A DNA stretch of 64,000 nt, from NCBI GenBank assembly GCA_049840735.1, contig JASGJN010000017.1:512001-576000 (forward strand), read 5' to 3'. Each line of letters begins with the position of its first letter. Position 1 is the stretch's first letter. Made by a program: the position numbers and the translations under genes. This stretch comes from Anaeromyxobacter sp. GTDB lineage: Bacteria > Myxococcota > Myxococcia > Myxococcales > Anaeromyxobacteraceae. Below, piece after piece: positions 19,728-29,451 of this stretch. The notes below the pieces were generated by a model. That model had not been told where the DNA came from and did no database searches. It saw nothing but the letters and a program-made list of their open reading frames with translations.

Positions 19728-20648
19728 ATGCGCGTCACCGACCGGATGATCTTCGACGCCGCCACCCTCAACTCCGGGCGCGCCCAGGAGCGGGCGCAGC
19801 AGGCCACGCAGGTGGCCACCACCGGCGTCCGGGTGGTGCACCCGGGCGACGACCCGGCCGCCGCGGCCCTGGTCTCGGCCGAGCGGGGCCGGGTGACCCG
19901 GCTCGACGCCATCGCCACCGCCACCGGCCGCGCCTCCGACGAGCTGGCCGCGGCGGACGGCGCGCTGGACGAGGTGGGCAACCTCATCTCCCGCGCCCGC
20001 GAGCTGGCGGTGCAGCTCTCCACCTCCACCTACGACGCGGCCGATCGCGCCGCCGGGGCCAAGGAGGTCCAGGGGATCATCCAGTCGGTGGTGGCCAGCC
20101 TGAACGTGAAGGTGGGCAACCGCTACGTGCTGGCCGGCAACGCCGACGGCGCGCCCCCGTTCGCGCCGGTGACCTTCGACGCGCTGGGCAACGTGGACCC
20201 GGTGGCCACCGGCGCCTACGCCGGCGACGCCGGCGTGCGGCAGGTGGAGATCGCCCCCGGCGTGCTGCAGGACGCCAGCGTGCGGGCCGACGTGGCCATG
20301 AAGGGCGCCGGCGGCGGCGTGGACGTGCTCGCCACCCTGGCCGCGCTGGCCAACGCCCTCTCCGCCAACGACCCGGTCGCCACCTCCGCCACGCTCACCA
20401 ACCTGACGGCCGGGACCACCCAGCTGGCCAGCGCGCGCGGCCAGGCCGGCGCGAGCATGGCGGCGCTGGACGCGGCCGCCGCGGCCAACAAGACGGCGCG
20501 CGACGACGCCAAGGTGCGCATCGGCAACCTGGCCGACGCCGACACCATCCAGGCCGCCAGCGAGCTGGCCCTGGCGCAGCGGGCGCTGGACGCGGCCCTG
20601 ACCGCCTCGGCCAAGAGCTTCCAGCTGTCCCTGCTGAACAAGCTCTAG
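19728..20648 (+). CDS. flgL: Hook-associated protein FlgL
   Basis: MRVTD..TGVRVVHPGDDP..GNRYVLAG..YAGD..LSLLNKL. Confidence 0.92.
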   Translation: MRVTDRMIFDAATLNSGRAQERAQQATQVATTGVRVVHPGDDPAAAALVSAERGRVTRLDAIATATGRASDELAAADGALDEVGNLISRARELAVQLSTSTYDAADRAAGAKEVQGIIQSVVASLNVKVGNRYVLAGNADGAPPFAPVTFDALGNVDPVATGAYAGDAGVRQVEIAPGVLQDASVRADVAMKGAGGGVDVLATLAALANALSANDPVATSATLTNLTAGTTQLASARGQAGASMAALDAAAAANKTARDDAKVRIGNLADADTIQAASELALAQRALDAALTASAKSFQLSLLNKL

Positions 20649-20655
20649 GCGCCCC

Positions 20656-22863
20656 GTGCCGCTCGCCTCGCCCACGCTCACGCCGCAGGGCTCCGCCGCC
20701 TCGCTGGCGCGGCGCGGGCTCTCGGCCGTGCTGCGCTGGCGGCTGCGGCGCGTGCTGCCCGGGCTGGTCCCGGCGCGCGCCATCGACGCGGCCCACTTCG
20801 CGCCGGTGCTGCTGCACGCCTCCTTCCAGCAGGGCACGCTGCGGGCCGAGGCGCCGGGCGTGGCCGGCCTGCGCTACCGGCGCCGCTGGGCCAGCCTGGC
20901 GCGGGCCTTCGAGCTGCCGCCGCCCTGGCGCGCCCAGCGCAACCCGCCCATGGTCGAGGCGGTGCTGGCGGTGCCCGGCGGCCCCGGCCTGGACCTCTAC
21001 GCCGTCACCAGCCCCGGCCTGGCCCGCGGCGACCTGGGCTGGGTTGAGGAGCGCGCGGCGCTGGCCGAATCGGTGCTGGCCGGCGCCGGCGTGGCGCTGC
21101 ACGTGATCGAGCCCGCCGAGCTGGAGCGCGCCCCCATGCTGGCCCACCGGCTGGTGCTCTGGGGCGCCGTGGCCGGCGGCCGCCTGGGCGGGACCGCCTG
21201 GAGCGCGCTGGAGGCGGGCGGGCGGCGGCCGGTGCTGCCGGCCCACGCCGTGGCCCTGGCGGCGGGCGCGCCGACCCCGCTCTGCGCCCTGGCGCTGACG
21301 CTGCTGCCCGAGCACCCGGCCCCGCCGCCGCTCGAGGCGACCCACCGGCTGCTCCGGACCGGCACCCCGGTGCCGCGGCTGGCCGAGCCGGGCTTCCTGG
21401 CGGTGCAGTGGGCGGGCACGGCCGCGCCCGCCCACGCCGCGGCGCTGGGCCGGGTGCTGGCGCTGGCCGAGGAGCCGGGCACGGCCCAGCTGGCCGAGGT
21501 GCTGGGGCTGGCGGCCGCGCTGTCGGTCCCGCTGGCGCGCGCGGTGCGCAGCCGGGGCGAGGGGCTGGACGCCCGCGCCCGCGCGGCCTGGCGCGAGCGG
21601 CTGGGGCCGGACCTGCCGCGCGCGCTGGCCCCGGCGCTGGCCGCCTGCCTCGCGGGCGGGGAGCGGCTCGAGACCGGGCTGCACAGCGTGGGCCGGCAGA
21701 CCGAGGTGAGGCTGGCCGGCGGGCCGGCGCTGGGGCGCGGCGGCACGCCGGTCCAGGCGCGGGTCCGAGCGCTCTCGGTGCTGGCCGGCGCGGCGCTGGA
21801 GCCGCTCCTGGCCCACGCCGAGCCGCCCTGGGACGCGGTCGCCTCGCGGCTGGTGCAGGCGCGGGAGGGACGCTCGCTCCTGCTGGTGGTCGAGCCGGCC
21901 ACGCCGGCGGGGCCGCCCTACGACCCGCTCAACCGCGGGCCGGAGCGCGCGCTGGCCTTCCCCGGCGCGCTGGCGGTCCGGCTGGCCCCGGGCCGCCGCC
22001 CCACGGCGCGGGTGCTGACGGCGCCGGAGGTGATCGAGCGGCTGGTCACCGAGGCGCGGCAGACGCGGGTCGAGGTGCTGGGCGCCCGCAGCGAGGCCCA
22101 GCCGGTCGCGGCGCGGCTGGCGCAGTTCGCGGCGCTGCTGCGCGAGGCCGGCGACTCCCCGGTGGCGCTGGAGGCCGGCGGCCGGGTGCTGCTGGTGGAG
22201 GGGCCGCGCGTGCGCCGGCTCACCCTCGACCGGCTGGCCTCGCGCCCGCGCCGCTTCCGGCCGGATCCGGACGCGCCGGACCTGGTGCTGGCCCCCGGCG
22301 AGCGCCGCCCCTCCGGCCTCGGCGGCAGCGCGGTCGTCACCTGCCGCGCGCACGCGCTGGACGCCAGCCGCGCCGCGGTGGTCTACGCCGACCAGGCCGG
22401 CGCGTACCTGCGCGAGGTGGTCTTCCTCTCCGACCTGGAGGCGCACCTGCGCGAGGGGCGCGACCTGCTGCAGGCCGCCGATCCGCGCGCCATCCTGGCC
22501 ATCCACCTGGCCGACGAGCTGGAGCTGGCCATCCGCCGCGCCGGGCCGCCGGGGACCCCGCTCCCGCTGTCGGTCCGCGCGCGCCTGCCCTTCGACCTGC
22601 AGATCGAGGTGGGCGGCGAGTGGTACGGCGGGTCGACCGGGCGGAGCTGGCGCGCCGCGTCGCTGGCGTTCCTGGGGCGCTGGCCCCGCGGGGCCGAGGC
22701 CCGCATCTCGGTCGCGGGCGTCAACGCCGTGGCGCGGGGCCGCCGTCAGGGCGGCCTGCTCGCCCTGTATACCCGCGCGCTGGCCATCCGACGCCTGCGC
22801 ACCCACCTCGTCCGGACGTTACGGGCTTATCAAGCTCCCCGGCCGCGCCGAAGCGGAGGGTGA
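20656..22863 (+). CDS. Degenerate class I adenylate cyclase (CyaA)-like protein
   Basis: Collinear by-eye matches to enteric CyaA blocks (PVLLH, APGV, LDLYAV, EHPAP, RSLLLVVE, DPLNRG, VEVLG, AVVYADQAG); catalytic GS..S.GQ...SDLD loop absent. Confidence 0.55.
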   Translation: MPLASPTLTPQGSAASLARRGLSAVLRWRLRRVLPGLVPARAIDAAHFAPVLLHASFQQGTLRAEAPGVAGLRYRRRWASLARAFELPPPWRAQRNPPMVEAVLAVPGGPGLDLYAVTSPGLARGDLGWVEERAALAESVLAGAGVALHVIEPAELERAPMLAHRLVLWGAVAGGRLGGTAWSALEAGGRRPVLPAHAVALAAGAPTPLCALALTLLPEHPAPPPLEATHRLLRTGTPVPRLAEPGFLAVQWAGTAAPAHAAALGRVLALAEEPGTAQLAEVLGLAAALSVPLARAVRSRGEGLDARARAAWRERLGPDLPRALAPALAACLAGGERLETGLHSVGRQTEVRLAGGPALGRGGTPVQARVRALSVLAGAALEPLLAHAEPPWDAVASRLVQAREGRSLLLVVEPATPAGPPYDPLNRGPERALAFPGALAVRLAPGRRPTARVLTAPEVIERLVTEARQTRVEVLGARSEAQPVAARLAQFAALLREAGDSPVALEAGGRVLLVEGPRVRRLTLDRLASRPRRFRPDPDAPDLVLAPGERRPSGLGGSAVVTCRAHALDASRAAVVYADQAGAYLREVVFLSDLEAHLREGRDLLQAADPRAILAIHLADELELAIRRAGPPGTPLPLSVRARLPFDLQIEVGGEWYGGSTGRSWRAASLAFLGRWPRGAEARISVAGVNAVARGRRQGGLLALYTRALAIRRLRTHLVRTLRAYQAPRPRRSGG
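22830..22854 (+). promoter_or_regulatory. Possible sigma28 promoter of flagellin 1
   Basis: TCAAG...GCCGAAGC; good -10 but spacer shorter than at flgM. Confidence 0.35.
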
Positions 22864-22905
22864 GGGCGACCAGACCGTTCGCCCCCACCAACCAAGGGAG
22901 AAGCA

Positions 22906-23727
22906 ATGGCACTGTCAATCCGGACGAACGTTGCGTCGCTCAACGCGCAGCGCAACCTGTCCCAGACGTCGAGCACCCTCGACTCGTCGATGTCCCGCCT
23001 GTCCTCCGGCTACCGCATCACGCGGGCCGGTGACGACGCCGCCGGCCTCGGCATCAGCACCAAGCTCGAGGCGCAGATCAAGAGCTACAACCAGGCGCAG
23101 CGCAACGCCAACGACGGCATGTCGGTGCTGCAGACCACCGAGGCCTCGCTGAACGAGACGGCGAACATCCTCACCCGCCTCCGCGAGCTGGCCATGCAGT
23201 CGGCCTCCGACGGCATCGGCGCCTCCGAGCGCGCCTACATCACCACCGAGGCGACGCAGCTGACCTCGGAGATCGACCGCATCGCGCAGACCACCAAGTT
23301 CAACGGCACCAACCTGCTCAGCGGCGCGAGCACCCTGAGCTTCAAGGTCGGCGTCGAGGACACCACGAACGACCAGATCTCGTTCGCGACCATCAACGCC
23401 ACCACCACCTCGCTGGGCGTGAACGCGCTCAACCTGGGCACGATCAACGGCGCCTCCTCGGCGCTGACCACGATCGACTCCGCCATCTCGACCGTCTCGA
23501 CCGCCCGCTCCACCCTGGGCGCCGCCGGCAACCGGTTCCAGAGCGCGATCAACAACATCCAGTCCTACACGGAGGCCATCTCGGCCGCCAACAGCCGCAT
23601 CAAGGACGTGGACGTGGCCGAGGAGACCAGCCGCATGGCCCGCGCCAACATCCTGCAGCAGGCCGGCGTCAGCGTGTTGGCCCAGGCCAACCAGCAGCCG
23701 CAGCTCGCCCTGAAGCTCCTGGGGTAA
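22906..23727 (+). CDS. fliC: Flagellin 1 (273 aa)
   Basis: MALSIRTNVASLNAQRNL..RLSSGYRI..AGDDAAGL; RIKDVDVAEE..ILQQAGVSVLAQANQ. Confidence 0.98.
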   Translation: MALSIRTNVASLNAQRNLSQTSSTLDSSMSRLSSGYRITRAGDDAAGLGISTKLEAQIKSYNQAQRNANDGMSVLQTTEASLNETANILTRLRELAMQSASDGIGASERAYITTEATQLTSEIDRIAQTTKFNGTNLLSGASTLSFKVGVEDTTNDQISFATINATTTSLGVNALNLGTINGASSALTTIDSAISTVSTARSTLGAAGNRFQSAINNIQSYTEAISAANSRIKDVDVAEETSRMARANILQQAGVSVLAQANQQPQLALKLLG

Positions 23728-23801
23728 GCTAGTCCGGAGTTCCCTCCGCGCCGTCCCCCGGCACACCGCCGGGGGGCGGCACGGAGCTCGAGAGGGTCAC
23801 C

Positions 23802-25167
23802 ATGGCAGACGCCACCTTCCGTGCCAGCGGTCTCGCGACCGGCATGGACACGAACTCGATCATCGAGCAGCTGGTCACCCTCGAGAAGCGCCCCATCACC
23901 CTGCTGCAGACGCAGCAGTCCGGCATCAAGACGCAGATCTCCGCGCTCGCCGACATCATGTCCGCGCTGACCGCGCTCAACACCGCGGTCCAGGACCTGA
24001 AAGACCAACGGCGTCTTCGCGAACAAGACCACCTCCACCAACACCGCCTTCTCCGCCGCCGCAGGCAGCGAGGCCGTGGCCGGGCGCTACAGCGTCCAGG
24101 TCGGCACGCTGGCCAAGGCGGCCAAGTGGCGCTCGGACGCCACCGGCTTCGCCAGCACCGACGTGGTGCAGGGCGGGCAGCTGACGCTCTCGGTGCAGGG
24201 CAAGACCTACGATCCCATCACCATCACCGACGGCGCCTCCCTGGCGGACGTGGCCTACGCCATCCGCAACAGCGGCGCGCCGGTGTCCGCCGTGGTGCTC
24301 TCCGACGGGACCCGCTCCTACCTCTCGCTCACCGCCCGCGACACCGGCCACCCCATCGGCCAGGACCCCTCCACCGCGCTGGGCGTCGCCTTCACGCCGG
24401 CCAACGGGGCCACCGGGCGCTCGCTCGGCCTCTACCAGGCCGAGGCGGCCACCAACGCCACCTTCACGGTGGACAGCCTCCAGTTCACGCGCACCAGCAA
24501 CACGGTGTCCGACGCGGTGCCCGGCACGACCCTGACCCTCTCGAAGGAGGGCGGCGCGGCGGAGGACCTGATCATCGGCCAGGACGCCGACGGCACCAAG
24601 GCCCGGCTCGACAAGTTCGTCAGCGCCTACAACGGCGCCATGAAGCTGGTGCAGCGCCAGCTGGCGGTCAACAAGGACACCGACCGCGCCGCGACGCTGG
24701 CCGGCGACGGCGCGGTGCGGGCGCTGCAGAGCTCGCTGCAGCGCGTGATCACCACGCAGGTGGGCAGCGCCACGGTGCGGACGCTGGCCGACCTGGGGCT
24801 CAAGACCGCCCGCGACGGCAGCCTGTCCATCGACACCACGCTGATGAAGGCGGCGCTGGATCGGGACCCGGCCGCGGTCAACGCGCTCTTCAACACCCAG
24901 TCCACCGGCCTGGCCGCGGTGGTCGATCAGCTGGTCAAGGTGCAGACCCGCTCCGGCGACGGCATCCTGGTCTCGCGGCAGGACTCGCTCAACCGGCGCA
25001 TCAAGGACATCGACGACGACATCGCCGTCAAGCAGCGCCGGCTCACCGCCTTCCAGGAGAACCTGGTCAAGCAGTTCACGGCCATGGAGACCACGGTGAG
25101 CAGCCTCAAGAGCACCGGCACCTTCCTCACCAACTGGGCCAACCAGAGCTCGAGCTCCTCCAAGTGA
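23802..25167 (+). CDS. fliD: Filament cap protein FliD (apparent frameshift ~24001)
   Basis: SGLATGMDTNSIIEQLV; GRYSVQVGTLAKA; FVSAYN; LADLGL; LVKQFTAMETTVSSL. Confidence 0.93.
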
Positions 25168-25172
25168 GCGCG

Positions 25173-25460
25173 ATGGGCCAGGCCGGCGGGACCCCCACCC
25201 TGCAGCAGCTGCTCGCCTCGGTCGAGGCCGCGCTGGCGGCCGGCGACGCGCCGGCGGCGGCGGCGGCGGCGGCGCAGCTGGAGGGGCTGTGTGCGGCGAT
25301 GTCGGCGCGCGGCGAGCGGCCGGCGCCCGAGCCCCTGCGCGAGCTGCTGGTGGCCCACGCCCGCGCGCTGGCCGCCGCGGACGGGCTGCGGGCCGGCCTG
25401 GCGGGCGATCTGGGCCGCCTCTCGGTGACGCGGCGGGCCATCTCCGCCTACGAGCGGTGA
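25173..25460 (+). CDS. FliT-like small helical protein
   Basis: 95 aa directly after fliD, ending RRAISAY, as in FliT-like chaperones. Confidence 0.5.
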   Translation: MGQAGGTPTLQQLLASVEAALAAGDAPAAAAAAAQLEGLCAAMSARGERPAPEPLRELLVAHARALAAADGLRAGLAGDLGRLSVTRRAISAYER

Positions 25461-25480
25461 CCCGGCCGTTCCTGCCCACT

Positions 25481-25507
25481 TAAGTGGCCGCAGGGACGTG
25501 ACGAATC
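25481..25507 (+). promoter_or_regulatory. Putative sigma28 promoter of flagellin 2
   Basis: TAAG-N15-GACGAATC, ~50 nt upstream of the ATG; same geometry as at flgM. Confidence 0.55.
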
Positions 25508-25556
25508 CTGGGTTGAAGGGCGAACGAGAGCATCGCCCTAACACTCGGAGGAAGTC

Positions 25557-26381
25557 ATGGCCCTGTCAATCCGTACCAACGTCGCCTCGCTGAACGCGCA
25601 GCGGAACCTGTCCCAGACCTCGAGCACCCTCGACTCGTCGATGTCGCGGCTGTCCTCGGGCTACCGCATCACCAAGGCGGGCGACGACGCCGCCGGCCTC
25701 GGCATCAGCACCAAGCTCGAGGCGCAGAATCCGCAGCTACAACCAGGCGCAGCGCAACGCCAACGACGGCATGTCGGTGCTGCAGACCACCGAGGCCTCG
25801 CTGAACGAGACGGCGAACATCCTCACCCGCCTGCGCGAGCTGGCCATGCAGTCGGCCTCCGACGGCATCGGCAACTCGGAGCGCAACTACATCGTCACCG
25901 AGGCGACGCAGCTGACCTGGGAATCGACCGCATCGCCAACACCACCAAGTTCAACGGCACCTCGCTGCTGAACGGCGCGACCACCCTGACCTTCAAGGTC
26001 GGCGTCGAGGACACGGTCAACGACCAGATCTCGTTCGCGACGGTCAACGCCACCACCACCGCGCTGGGCCTGGGCGCCATGTCGCTGGCCAACATCAACA
26101 ACGCCTCCAGCGCGCTGACCACCATCGACTCCGCCCTCTCGGTCGTCTCCACCGCCCGCTCCACCCTGGGCGCCGCCGGCAACCGGTTCACGAGCGCGAT
26201 CAACAACATCCAGTCCTTCACCGAGGCCATCTCCGCCGCCAACGCGCGCATCAAGGACGTGGACGTGGCCGAGGAGACCAGCCGCATGGCCCGCGCCAAC
26301 ATCCTGCAGCAGGCCGGCGTCAGCGTGTTGGCCCAGGCCAACCAGCAGCCGCAGCTCGCCCTCAAGCTCCTCGGCGGGTAA
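25557..26381 (+). CDS. fliC: Flagellin 2 (two compensating apparent indels ~25728 and ~25920)
   Basis: Near-identical termini to flagellin 1; middle segment MSVLQTTEASLNETANILTRLRELAMQ lies in the shifted frame. Confidence 0.95.
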   Translation: MALSIRTNVASLNAQRNLSQTSSTLDSSMSRLSSGYRITKAGDDAAGLGISTKLEAQNPQLQPGAAQRQRRHVGAADHRGLAERDGEHPHPPARAGHAVGLRRHRQLGAQLHRHRGDAADLGIDRIANTTKFNGTSLLNGATTLTFKVGVEDTVNDQISFATVNATTTALGLGAMSLANINNASSALTTIDSALSVVSTARSTLGAAGNRFTSAINNIQSFTEAISAANARIKDVDVAEETSRMARANILQQAGVSVLAQANQQPQLALKLLGG

Positions 26382-26463
26382 GGCGCAGCTTCCGGAAGGC
26401 CGCCCCCAGCGATGAGCGGGGGGCGGCCCCCGAACCAGAACGACGACAGGATGAGGTGAGCCG

Positions 26464-26851
26464 ATGAACCCCGCCGCACGCCGCTACGCCCAGGCCGCAC
26501 GCGAGAACCGCCTCCCCCGAGCGCCTGATGGTGCTCCTGTTCCAGGCAGCCCTCCGGAACATCCGCACCGGGACCGCAGCGCTCGAGTCCCATCAGCACC
26601 TGGAGGCCGGCCGCGCGTTCACCAAGGCCTCGGACATCGTGGTGGAGCTGCACGCCACCCTCGACCGGACCAAGGCCCCTGAGCTGTGCGACCAGCTCGG
26701 CGAGATCTACCGCTTCGTCACCGGCCGTCTCAGCGCCGCGGCGCTCTCCCGCGACGTGAAGGCCGCCCGGGAGGCCGAGCGGGTGTTCGCCCCCATCGCG
26801 GAAGCGTTCGAGTCCGCGGTGGCCTCGCTGAACGCGAGCGCCTCGAGGTAA
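26464..26851 (+). CDS. fliS: Flagellin chaperone FliS (apparent frameshift ~26506)
   Basis: RYAQ..ASPERLMVLLFQAAL..IVVELHATLD..LGEIYRF. Confidence 0.92.
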
Positions 26852-26879
26852 GCCGGAGCACCTCAGGCCCATCGTCGGG

Positions 26880-26910
26880 AAGCGGCTCCGCGAGGGGCCG
26901 CTTTCTTTAT
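26880..26910 (+). terminator. Intrinsic terminator after fliS
   Basis: AAGCGGCTCC-GCGA-GGGGCCGCTT followed by TCTTTAT. Confidence 0.8.
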
Positions 26911-26954
26911 GTGCGTTCGGCGCTGGGCCTCGGGCGTCAGGCCTGACCCGCCCC

Positions 26955-28269
26955 CTACCCCAGCGCCTTCGCCCGCTCCAGGAAGAGGCGCGCGTCCGCC
27001 TCGGCCCCCAGGTCGTGCGCGGCCCGCGCGGCGAGCGCCCAGGCCGCGGCCACGCCGGCCACCATCAGCGGCTGCAGCAGCGCCAGCGCGCCGCCCGGGT
27101 CACTGCCCACGAGGCAGGCCTCGGCCTCGCCGAGCACCACCTTGTCGCCGGCCCCGGCCTGCCGCGCGCGCACGAAGACCTGGCGCGCCTGCGCCGCATC
27201 CCCGGCCAGCAGGAGCGCCGTGCCCAGCCGGGCCAGGGCCTCGGCCTCGGTCACCAGCAGGACCTGGGGGAAGCCGCCCCGGGCCAGCGCGTCCAGGGTC
27301 TTGCGGTAGGCGGCGGTGGCCCGCTCCAGCAGCGCGGCGCGGTCCGCCGCGCCGGCGGGGGCCGCGGTGGCCTCCAGCTCCCACGCGCAGCCGCGGAGGA
27401 AGTCGTAGTCCGGGTTGGGCCCCTCGTGCGCCTCGGCCCGGTCCACCGACTCGCGGGCCCGGGCCGGCGCGCCCTGGTTGACCGCGGCCAGCGCGCGGCC
27501 CACCGCCAGCCGGCGGATGGAGCGGTGGGGCGGCTGGGAGGGCAGGAGCGCCCACCCCTGCTCCGCCACCTCGGCGGCATCGGCGAAGCGCCGCGTGCCG
27601 GCCAGCTCGATGGCCAGGTAGGCGATGGGGACGATGCTGTCCGGCTCCTGCGCCATGCGCCGCCGCAGCAGCGCCTCGTTGCGCGCCCGCTTGTTCCGGT
27701 CGTCCTGGACGCCGTCCACGTAGCCCAGGTGCACCACGTCCGCCGGCAGCTTGCGCAGCTTGTTGCCGTGCCGCGCCGCCCACTCCGAGACGTCCTCGTG
27801 GACCGCTCCCTCGTAGCGCAGGTCGGGCGCGCGCCGGATCACCCGCGGCAGGAGGTTGGGCGAGCCCAGCCGCAGGGCGCCGGAGAGCACCTCGGCCTCG
27901 GGCGCGTCCAGCCGGGTGGCGTTGTGCAGGCGGACCAGCCCCACGTCGAAGCCGCCCTGGCGGATGGCCTCGCGGATGGCCTTCCCCGCTCCCGCCGCCA
28001 GCCGCTCGTCGGCGTCGAGCTGCAGGATCCACTCGCCGCTGGCCCGCTCCGCCGCCAGGTTGCGAGGGGCCGCGAAGTCGTCGTCCCAGGGGCGCTCCAG
28101 CACCAGCGCCCCGGCCTCGGCGGCCAGCGCGCGGGACCGGTCGGTCGAGCCGGTGTCGACCAGGACGATTCTCGTCCACCACCCCTCGGACCGAGGCCAG
28201 GCAGCCCGGCAGGAAGCGCTCCTCGTTCCGGGCGATCATGCAGAGGCTGAGCCTGGGGCGCTTGGACAT
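26955..28269 (-). CDS. GT2 glycosyltransferase with TPR repeats, probable flagellin glycosylation (apparent frameshift ~28169)
   Basis: LSLCMIARNEERFLPGCLASV; VDTGSTD; WDDDFAAPRN; WILQLDADE; YEGAVHE; HLGY; C-terminal TPRs. Confidence 0.88.
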
Positions 28270-28527
28270 GGCGCCGATTGTACACGGGGACCGGCGCGGA
28301 GCCTCGGCGCCGCCCCCGGCGCGGCGCGCTCCGCGGCGTGGACGGCAGCGCCGGCCCCGGCCGGACCGCGCCCAGCGACCCGGTGGGGAACCGGACGCTC
28401 GCCTGAAGCTCGCGCGCCCGCGCCAGCGGATCCGGGATGCCGTGGGTGGCGCCGGGGATGGGCAGCAGCTGGTAGGGCCGCCCGGCCCGGAACCGCGCCT
28501 CGGCCTACATCCCGGCGAACCCCTCGC

Positions 28528-28860
28528 TCAGCGCCCGCGCCGCGCGCCTCCGCCCGACTTGGCGCCGCCGGTGCGCCGCGCGGTGCCGGCGCGGGCGCTG
28601 CCGCTGCGGGACGCGCGCCGCCCGCCCGACTTGGCCGCGCCCGCCGCCCGGGCCCGGGCGCCGCGCCGCCGGCCACCCTTGCGGCCGATCTCGGAGAAGA
28701 ACTCCGGCCCGCGCCGCCGCAGGGTGGCCTGGCCGCCCTTGCGGCCCGCCTCGCTGCGCGAGCGGGTGCCAGCCGCCGCCTTGCGCCGCCGCCCGCCGCT
28801 CGACTGGGTCCGTCGCGCGCCGGTGCGCGCGCCGCGCTGCTGCGTCGTGGTCCTGGCCAT
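28528..28860 (-). CDS. Basic KGG-repeat general-stress protein (in frame with mobB)
   Basis: RSEAGRKGGQAT...GPEFFSEIGRKGG (GsiB/YciG-type KGG motif) in an Arg/Gly-rich protein. Confidence 0.7.
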   Translation of the reverse strand: MARTTTQQRGARTGARRTQSSGGRRRKAAAGTRSRSEAGRKGGQATLRRRGPEFFSEIGRKGGRRRGARARAAGAAKSGGRRASRSGSARAGTARRTGGAKSGGGARRGR

Positions 28861-29451
28861 GCGATCTCGCTTCCCGGGCGCAGACGTGCGCCCGCCTTCC
28901 ATCCCGGGGGGAAGGCTGCGCACGGGGGTGGGCCGAGGCAACCGACCCGCAGCGGCGCCTCCCAGCCCGAAGCGGTCACAGAGCAGCGCCGCCAGCGCCG
29001 CGGGGGTGCTGCGTGCGCCGGCGCGGAGCCAGGGCAGCGCGCGCGGCGGCGGCTCGTCCGCCACCACCGCCAGGACGCGGCGGTCCGACTCGCACAGGAA
29101 GGCGGGAGAGATCGCGCGCCGGCGCACCTCCACGCGCGGCACCGCGGCCGCACGCCAGCCCTCCACCAGCACCAGGTCCACCGCCGGCAGCCCGGCCAGC
29201 AGCGCGCGCGGCCCCGCGGCGGGTGGCCCGATCACCACCGTCCCCGCCGGCGCGGCCAGCGCCGTCGCGCTCGCCCCGGCCCGCCGGATCCGCGCGGTGT
29301 CCTTGCCCGGCGCGTCCAGCCGGTGGGCGTGGCGGGTGTGCTTCACCACGGCCACCTGCAGGCCGCGCGCGGTCAGCGCCCGCACCAGCGCCACCAGCAG
29401 GGTGGTCTTCCCCACCCCGCTCGGTCCGGCCACCGAGACCACCGGCGTCAC
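28528..29451 (-). CDS. mobB: Molybdopterin-guanine dinucleotide biosynthesis protein MobB (reads through into the KGG domain)
   Basis: GPSGVGKTTL, VAVVKH, LDAPGKDT, DLVLVEGW; GTG overlaps moeA stop. Confidence 0.85.
   Translation of the reverse strand: MTPVVSVAGPSGVGKTTLLVALVRALTARGLQVAVVKHTRHAHRLDAPGKDTARIRRAGASATALAAPAGTVVIGPPAAGPRALLAGLPAVDLVLVEGWRAAAVPRVEVRRRAISPAFLCESDRRVLAVVADEPPPRALPWLRAGARSTPAALAALLCDRFGLGGAAAGRLPRPTPVRSLPPGMEGGRTSAPGKRDRMARTTTQQRGARTGARRTQSSGGRRRKAAAGTRSRSEAGRKGGQATLRRRGPEFFSEIGRKGGRRRGARARAAGAAKSGGRRASRSGSARAGTARRTGGAKSGGGARRGR

Noticed and set aside
3482..26851. Flagellar genes as decaying pseudogenes or programmed frameshifts
   Set aside because: No in-frame stops or deletions and no slippery sites; the same indels hit non-flagellar genes and share the AGAYC context, which fits sequencing error
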